A model generated the notes under the pieces. The model was given only the letters and a program-made list of their open reading frames with translations, was not told where the DNA came from and did no database searches. This document shows, piece by piece, positions 11,519 through 17,344 of a stretch of DNA of 17,344 nucleotides. Source of the stretch: Elusimicrobiota bacterium (GTDB lineage Bacteria > Elusimicrobiota > Endomicrobiia > CG1-02-37-114 > JAHJSO01). The first letter of the stretch is position 1, and each line of letters opens with the position of its first letter. The stretch spans positions 1 through 17,344 of the forward strand of contig JBDRQF010000049.1 in NCBI GenBank assembly GCA_043826435.1. The letters run 5' to 3'. The position numbers and the translations under genes are program-made.

Positions 11519-12285
11519 AAAAAATATCACTCGTCGGTTGCGGCACCATAGGCAGGGAGATAGCGAACGCCATCTACCGAAAAATCATCCCGGCAAAACT
11601 CGTTGCCATTTATGACATAAACCCGGAGAGTTGCAGGCGGCTAAAGAAAAAACTGAATGACATCTCTAACGGGGTGAAATTGCCTGCTGTCTGCCGCACC
11701 TTGCGGGACGCAATAAGGCCGTCGGACATCGTTGTTGAATGCGCCGGTCAAAAGGCAGTCAGGGAAATCGCAGCGGTCGCATTCCCGATGAAGAAGGACT
11801 TGTTCGTTATGTCCGTCGGGGCTCTCATCCGCTGGAACGACATAATTAAACGGGCGAAAAAAAACGGGTGCAGGGTGTATTTCCCCTCCGGCGCCATAGC
11901 GGGCCTTGACGCAGTCGCCGCTGCTTCGCTCGGAAAGGTTGACAGCGTCCGGCTTATTACAAGAAAACCGCCGAAATCATTAGGGCTGGATATAAGCAGG
12001 GAAAAAACCGTTTTCAGAGGCAGGGCGCGGGATGCCGTCCGGAACTTCCCGGCGAATATAAACGTTGCGGCAGCCCTTTCAATCGCAGGCATAGGGCAGG
12101 AAAAAACACAGGTTGAGATAATAGCGGACCCGAAGGTCCAAACCAACACGCACCGGGTGGAAATAACGGGGGATTTCGGAAGGATAACCACCTGCACGGA
12201 AAATATCCCTTCTCCAACAAACCCGAAAACAAGTTATTTAGCCATTCTTTCTGCAATCGCCGAACTCAGGAAAATAGTGGAATAG
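11515..12285 (+). CDS. nadX: L-aspartate dehydrogenase
   Basis: Rossmann motif GCGTIG, VVECAG, SVGAL, PSGAIAGLD, RKPP, FPANINVA, NTH and NPKTSYLA. ATGA overlap with panC. Confidence 0.93.
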   Translation: MKKISLVGCGTIGREIANAIYRKIIPAKLVAIYDINPESCRRLKKKLNDISNGVKLPAVCRTLRDAIRPSDIVVECAGQKAVREIAAVAFPMKKDLFVMSVGALIRWNDIIKRAKKNGCRVYFPSGAIAGLDAVAAASLGKVDSVRLITRKPPKSLGLDISREKTVFRGRARDAVRNFPANINVAAALSIAGIGQEKTQVEIIADPKVQTNTHRVEITGDFGRITTCTENIPSPTNPKTSYLAILSAIAELRKIVE

Positions 12286-12336
12286 TCGCAATGACACGGT
12301 GGCATTGGGATTGCTTCGGCTGCGCCTCGCAATGAC
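12286..12336. repeat. REP-like element: TCGCAATGAC twice, one with the full GATTGCTTCGGCTGCGCCTCGCAATGAC arm
   Basis: Same core as 10404-10448. It lies between convergent genes, immediately after the nadX stop. Confidence 0.75.
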
Positions 12337-12339
12337 CCG

Positions 12340-12445
12340 ATGGGTCTCAACGGGCTACCAGCGTCTTTACAACGACGGGGTCAGGTCTTGCATCATTTGA
12401 CAAAGGTTGGCGGGTATGGGTCTCAACGGGCTACCAGCGTCTTTA
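12340..12445. repeat. Perfect 30-bp direct repeat duplicating the 3' end of the V-ATPase D gene, with 46 bp between the copies
   Basis: ATGGGTCTCAACGGGCTACCAGCGTCTTTA at 12340-12369 and at 12416-12445. Confidence 0.95.
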
Positions 12446-13028
12446 TCTTCATCAGACGGGTGATGTTTGATCTTTCAAGTTCATTCAACCGGTCCGCAAT
12501 AAACCTGATTGTGTTTTTCAGGGCGGGTATAAGTATGTACTCAAGGGCGTTTACCCTGCGGCGTGTCCTCTGCAGTTCGTAGGCAAGAATCTCAATGGAT
12601 TTTTCTTTCTCTGCAAGGGCTATAAGTTCGGGCAGAAGATTATAAAACGCCTGCATGGAATAGTTAAGTTCAAAAGGCATGTGCCCGATAACCGCCGGTT
12701 TGTTAAATTCAAATTCAAACTCAGGTATGCGCATGTTCATAAGATTTCGTTCCCGGCAGGCGAAACGTGGCCGGCCTGAAGAATTCAGTATTCCGTCAAT
12801 GTCAACGCGCGGGATTCCCATCTGGCTGATTGAAAAATATTTATAAACTCCGTCAATCCGGTTTTCAACCTTTTCCCTGAGCGGCTTAATCTCGTTAATT
12901 AATCTCAGAAAATGCCTGAGCAGTTCGTCCTGTTTATCCTTCAGAAGTTTGTGGCCCCTGCGGGCGAAAACAAGCCGCTTTCGTAGCCGTAAGAGTTCCA
13001 TTCTATTTGGATTTACTGTGTGTTTCAT
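12423..13028 (-). CDS. ntpD: V/A-type ATP synthase subunit D
   Basis: [27 protein letters not shown] and [19 protein letters not shown] overlap with subunit B. Confidence 0.96.
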   Translation of the reverse strand: MKHTVNPNRMELLRLRKRLVFARRGHKLLKDKQDELLRHFLRLINEIKPLREKVENRIDGVYKYFSISQMGIPRVDIDGILNSSGRPRFACRERNLMNMRIPEFEFEFNKPAVIGHMPFELNYSMQAFYNLLPELIALAEKEKSIEILAYELQRTRRRVNALEYILIPALKNTIRFIADRLNELERSNITRLMKIKTLVAR

Positions 13029-14404
13029 TTTTTAAGATATTTCTCTTTGAAGACAGGGCGTATCCTTTTCAGTTCCTCTTCAGGCAGGTTTTTCAAAAGC
13101 CCGTAGCCGGTTTCAAAACTGTCAATTATGTCCCTGTTCTCGTCGTATGACTGTCTGACAAACCTGTCTTCAAACTGATTGGAAAATTTCAGGAACTGCC
13201 TGTCTGTCTCCGTAAGGGCTGCTTCACCCAGAACAACTGCAAGTTCCTGTACCTCCTTGCCCCTTGCGTAACATGCGAACAACTGGTTCGCCCAGTCAGC
13301 ATGGTCTTCACGCGTGCGTCCGGCGCCTATACCCTTGTCCCTGAGACGGGAAAGGGACGACAGCACGTCAATGGGCGGGTATATGCCCCGACGGTGAATT
13401 CCCCTGTCAAGGACTATCTGCCCCTCCGTAATATATCCGGTTAAATCGGGGATGGGGTGGGTCTTATCGTCTTCAGGCATTGAAACTACTGGCATAAGCG
13501 TGATTGAGCCGCCCCTGTTTTTGAGCCGTCCTGCCCGTTCATATAAACTTGCAAGGTCGGTATAGAGGTAGCCCGGATACCCCCGCCTGCCCGGCACCTC
13601 TTTTCTTGCCGAAGATACCTCCCTCAACGCCTCGCAGTAATTTGTCATATCGCTCATTATTACAAGGACATGGTGGTTGTGTTCAAAAGCCAGATATTCT
13701 GCGCAGGTCAGCGCGACCCTGGGGGTCGCTATCCTCTCAACTGCAGGGTCGTCAGCCAGATTTATGAACATCACAGAGCGTTCAATCGCACCCGTGTTGC
13801 GAAGATCATTCATAAAAAAGTTCGCCTCTTCAAAGGTAATGCCCATTGCAGCGAACACGACTGCAAATTTATCGTCGCTGGCGTCGCTGGAAATAACCTT
13901 TGACTGTCGGGCTATTTGGGCCACAAGTTCGGCATGCGGCAGGCCGAAGCCGGAAAATATCGGGAGTTTCTGCCCGCGGACAAGGGTGTTGAGCCCGTCA
14001 ATTGCAGAAATCCCCGTCTGGATAAACTCTTGCGGATACGCCCTTGCATAAGGGTTTATCGGATTGCCGCCGATGTCAAGCCGCTTGTCCGGGATTATTT
14101 CAGTGCCGTCGTCAATGGGCCTGCCGAGCCCGTCAAAAATCCTGCCCAATACATCCAGTGAAACAGGCAATTCAATGCCCCTGCCGAGGAACCGGACCCT
14201 TGTGTTCTCAATGCCTATACCCGTGCTCTGCTGAAAAAGTTGTATGAGGGCGTTATCACCGTTAACCTCAAGAACCCTGCCCAGTCGTTTTTCCTTTGTC
14301 GGGAGTTCAATCTCAACGAGTTCCTCGTATTTTGAACCGTAGGCATTTCCCACAAGAATCAGGGGTCCTGTTATTTCCTTTATGTCAAGTGTTTCATGGT
14401 ACAT
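13025..14404 (-). CDS. ntpB: V/A-type ATP synthase subunit B
   Basis: [57 protein letters not shown] and [24 protein letters not shown] lies upstream. Confidence 0.98.
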   Translation of the reverse strand: MYHETLDIKEITGPLILVGNAYGSKYEELVEIELPTKEKRLGRVLEVNGDNALIQLFQQSTGIGIENTRVRFLGRGIELPVSLDVLGRIFDGLGRPIDDGTEIIPDKRLDIGGNPINPYARAYPQEFIQTGISAIDGLNTLVRGQKLPIFSGFGLPHAELVAQIARQSKVISSDASDDKFAVVFAAMGITFEEANFFMNDLRNTGAIERSVMFINLADDPAVERIATPRVALTCAEYLAFEHNHHVLVIMSDMTNYCEALREVSSARKEVPGRRGYPGYLYTDLASLYERAGRLKNRGGSITLMPVVSMPEDDKTHPIPDLTGYITEGQIVLDRGIHRRGIYPPIDVLSSLSRLRDKGIGAGRTREDHADWANQLFACYARGKEVQELAVVLGEAALTETDRQFLKFSNQFEDRFVRQSYDENRDIIDSFETGYGLLKNLPEEELKRIRPVFKEKYLKK

Positions 14405-14420
14405 TTGAACCTCCCGTTAT

Positions 14421-15148
14421 TTATCTGCTTTTTGCTAGTTCTTTTTCAATTTCTCTTTTTACGAAAATCTTGATAAGCGATTGATATGGAATATCCTTAT
14501 CATATTTGCTAAAGATTTTAACCTGTTCAATACTGAAACCGGGAATCTAATAGATATTGGTTTTGAGGTCGGTCTTATATTAGGGAATAATGCTCTTCCA
14601 CCTTTAGACCAGTCAACATAATCAGTTGAATCATGTTTAGCCCAGAATTTAAATACTTCATCTTCGCTTTTAAGCACCGGCGCTTTTTTTAAATGGATAA
14701 TTTCAAAGATCGTTTTTATTTTCTTATCATGTAAATGAACTTTATATTCCAATTGATTCAACTTGTTAAGTATCCCTTTATTTGCAGAAACCAATTTTCT
14801 TATATTAACAAATACCCGCATTATACCGATATTTACCAGAATAGCTCTTTCACTATTAAGAACACTGGAGAGCATTGCAACTCCTTGTTCTGTGAATACA
14901 TAAGGTAAATAACGGCGACCACCCCAACTTGAGGTCGCAAAATGCGACCTCAAGATTTTAAATTCATTTCTTGTTAATTGAAACATAAAATCCTCTGGGA
15001 AACGTTTTATATTTCTTTTCACCTGTTCAATCAATCGTTTTGTCGGTACTCCATAAAGTCCTGCTAAATTCTTATCTAACATTACATTTAGACCTTTAAC
15101 CAAAAATATCTTTTTCTCAATAATGTCTTGTTTAACAATATTCGTCAT
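14421..15148 (-). pseudogene. ORF6N DNA-binding domain fused to a CopG/BrnA-type antitoxin, frameshifted near 14500 (reading frame as sequenced stops at 14459)
   Basis: The N-terminal part VMLD..LA.LYGV.TKRL.EQVKRN.KRFPEDFMFQLT...PYVFTEQGVAMLSSVL is ORF6N-like. The C-terminal part SEDE..FW..HDSTDYVDW...FPN.RP..KPISIR is CopG-antitoxin-like. The expected tail KDIPYQSLIKIFVKREIEKELAKSR* continues in another frame to TAA at 14423-14421. Start ATG 15148 with SD GGAAGG. Confidence 0.8.
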
Positions 15149-15232
15149 TTTTTCCTTCCATCCCAAAATTATTTTTCCAAGTTTTCAAACCAGAAACATA
15201 AAACGTCCACAATTTTCCAATTTTCTCTTCAA

Positions 15233-17206
15233 TTACACCTGTGCTAATTTTGTAATATTATCTACTATGTCTTCCAAGAGTTGTAGTTTTTTACCTTGAG
15301 AATATACTTTTTGAATAAATTTATCAGTTCCTTCAATATTTTTCAACACTTCTGACGATTCATCGTATCCAAGTTCTTGTGCTGTTTCATCCCCAAGTTT
15401 AGCAAAAACTTGTTCTGTGATTTCTTCTTTTATATAATTTTCAATTTTATCTTCAAAACATGCCCAAGTTTCCTTAACGGTAGTTTTTGGAAAATCCTCC
15501 TCTTTTTCACTTGCTAATTTTAAATATCTTCTATTTCTGTTTATTGTTTCCTTTGCTTCACTTTTTCCCCTATGCCGGCTGTCTCCATCAAAAACAAAAT
15601 AAGTCGGAATTGAAAATCCTCTGAAAATTATTACTGGTCGGTCAATGTTATTCTTCCCTCTTGCCGGAATAATTGCTACTCCTAATGAAGTCCAATCTTT
15701 TTTCATAATTTCTTGCATAGCCCATAAAAAACCTATATCGCTAAGTCCTTCAACAACCACAACGACATCAGCAAAAAATCCTTCATTAGTAATACTATCC
15801 ATCACAGATGTAGCATGTGCACGAAAAGTATTTTCGTTAATTTGAGTTCTATCTACATCTGATATTCTGATAATTTCATCAGTTGCTTGTTTAAAAGAAT
15901 AATATGTAACTTCGCTTGATAGACAAGGGCAATCAGGTAGTATTTGTTTTTTTATTAGTCGCATTTGCTCAAATCTATATAAGTCAATAAAAAATGGTGA
16001 ATGTGTAGTATAAATAATCTGATTTTTTAAATTCAATTCCTTGTGTTCAGATAACTCTCTTAATAAGTTTGAAAGATATCTGCACCTTAATGGATGTAAA
16101 TATAGTTCGGGTTCTTCAATCGCAAGTATTAAATCAGGTCCTATTATCTTTTTATCTTTGTTTAATTCGTCTTTATTGGTTGTTTCTTCTGATTCTGTTT
16201 TTTCTTCCTGTAATTGTGTTAAAGCGAGATGTTGAAGTAATGTAATGATTAACGCCCTTTGTAGTCCATGTCCTTTTCTTGTAATATCCCCCTCAAAGCC
16301 ATCTTCAATCAATGTTGGTTTCGCTTTAGGTGAAATTAATTCTATTGGTTTAATTTCTTCCCAGTTTAATTTAAGTTCAGCGCCAGGAAAGAATTTACGC
16401 AATGTTTGTGTAATAGTTTTGCCAAGTAAAGGAAGTTCTTTAAGATTATCTGATGAATATAAATTTTTTATTTTGACATCGATTTCATTTTTAAATTCTA
16501 TAATTTCTTTTTTTGAATTGACCTGTCTATAAACTATAAGGTCAAGTAGTTGATAAAGGCTTCCTTTTTTTTCAGTTGCTTCGTCTAAAACTTCACGGAC
16601 TGCTGGAATAAGAACAAATTTTGTATAGTTATCCAATTTACCACCGCCAACACTTTTAGCTCCAAAAAATTGTTCCTCTCTTTCAATAAGTTCACATAAT
16701 TCCGGGTGTGCTTTTTCATATTCTGCCATTATCTCATCAACATCTTCAGCTTTTTTGGGCTCCCCAGATAAATCTTGTAAAGTATTTAAATTAACAAGTT
16801 CTTTAAATTTTGATACTTTATCCCTTTTACCAGATATTTTTCTTATTTCTGCGAACTGTTTAATTTGCTTTGAACCCGCGTAATATTTTTGTGTTATTCT
16901 TTCATTTTCCATTTTTATTCGTTTTGTAACAATAAGTTTATTATCTCTGATGTATGTCTGAAATTCTTCTATTTCATCTTGTCTTAATTTTGAATAAGTA
17001 ACCCGAAATAATATTTCCTTAGTAGCGTCATGATTAAAAAAATCTTCAATTGTGATAGGAGCACTAATATCATAAAAAATATCAATCGCCTTAAGGAATG
17101 ACGATTTTCCACCCCCATTTCTTCCAATAAGGACAGTCAAATTATCAAAATTTAACTACTGCGCTTTAATACACCGAAAATTTTCAATATAAATAGATTC
17201 AATAAG
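15233..17206 (-). pseudogene. OLD-family ATP-dependent nuclease (ABC ATPase + TOPRIM), 5' end disrupted
   Basis: Walker A GRNGGGKSS, signature GHGLQR, Walker B IEEPELYLHP, H-loop TTHSP, TOPRIM VEGLSD and DGD. The frame extends upstream of 17140 as LIESIYIENFRCIKAQ*LNFDN, with an in-frame TAG at 17158-17156 and no ATG before the IS end. Confidence 0.85.
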
Positions 17207-17344
17207 CTGAATTCAACGTGCAAGTGCAACACAAGAGTTAAAGACCTCTAAAGGTGTTTTGAAACCAAGGCACTTTTTTGGTCTTCTGTTTAACATATTT
17301 TCGACCTTTTTAACTTGCTCTTTGTTAATTATAGCAAAATCTGT
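17206..17344 (-). mobile_element. IS30-family insertion sequence, right end (partial)
   Basis: Terminal sequence GCTGAATTCAACGTGCAAGTGCAACA (17206-17231, plus strand) resembles IS30/IS4351-type inverted repeats and overlaps the transposase stop. The boundary is uncertain by 1-2 nt. Confidence 0.85.
17213..17344 (-). CDS. IS30-family transposase, C-terminal fragment (not in the ORF track)
   Basis: Translates as TDFAIINKEQVKKVENMLNRRPKKCLGFKTPLEVFNSCVALAR*, matching the IS30 C-terminal pattern LN.RPRK.LG.KTP.E.F...VAL. Confidence 0.9.
   Translation of the reverse strand, partial: TDFAIINKEQVKKVENMLNRRPKKCLGFKTPLEVFNSCVALAR

Noticed and set aside
12340..12445. Mini CRISPR array (30-bp repeat, 46-bp spacer)
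   Set aside because: Only two copies, the repeat is the coding 3' end of ntpD, and no cas genes or leader are seen.
12340..12582. 80-aa plus-strand ORF starting in the direct repeat
   Set aside because: Mostly antisense to ntpD, with no SD or recognisable domain; a by-product of the duplication.
5022..16532. Numerous antisense or alternative-frame ORFs inside the long genes
   Set aside because: They are nested in well-supported CDSs and show no motifs or translation signals.
15233..17140. Calling the OLD gene Gabija gajA or a retron effector
   Set aside because: No UvrD helicase, reverse transcriptase or msr-msd is visible in the window.
17156..17158. Amber recoding (alternative genetic code or pyrrolysine) in the OLD gene
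   Set aside because: nadX ends normally on TAG, no other long gene here has an internal TAG, and the same gene has also lost its start to an IS.

Overview
Bacterial chromosomal window with four parts. (1) A minus-strand rRNA operon: a ~1.6 kb 16S gene, tRNA-Ile(GAT), tRNA-Ala(TGC) and a 23S gene truncated by the window edge. The rRNAs are divergent, with several helix expansions and primer-site substitutions. (2) A minus-strand alpha-glucan operon, glgE - glgM (actinobacterial-type glgA) - eukaryote-type UDP-glucose pyrophosphorylase-family gene. Its GlgE appears to lack domain S and carries a 93-aa C-terminal extension. (3) A secreted TPR protein gene, divergent from a panC-nadX operon that has a structured 5' leader. 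(4) The distal end of a V/A-type ATPase operon (B, D). Directly upstream of B, where subunit A is expected, lies an AT-rich decaying island: a frameshifted ORF6N-CopG/BrnA antitoxin fusion, an OLD-family ATPase-TOPRIM nuclease with an amber codon and lost start, and the right end of an IS30-family element. The best candidate for a new system is a GlgC-independent, possibly UDP-glucose-fed maltose-1-phosphate/GlgE glycogen route using a re-architected GlgE. All family calls come from motif recognition by eye; no searches were run.
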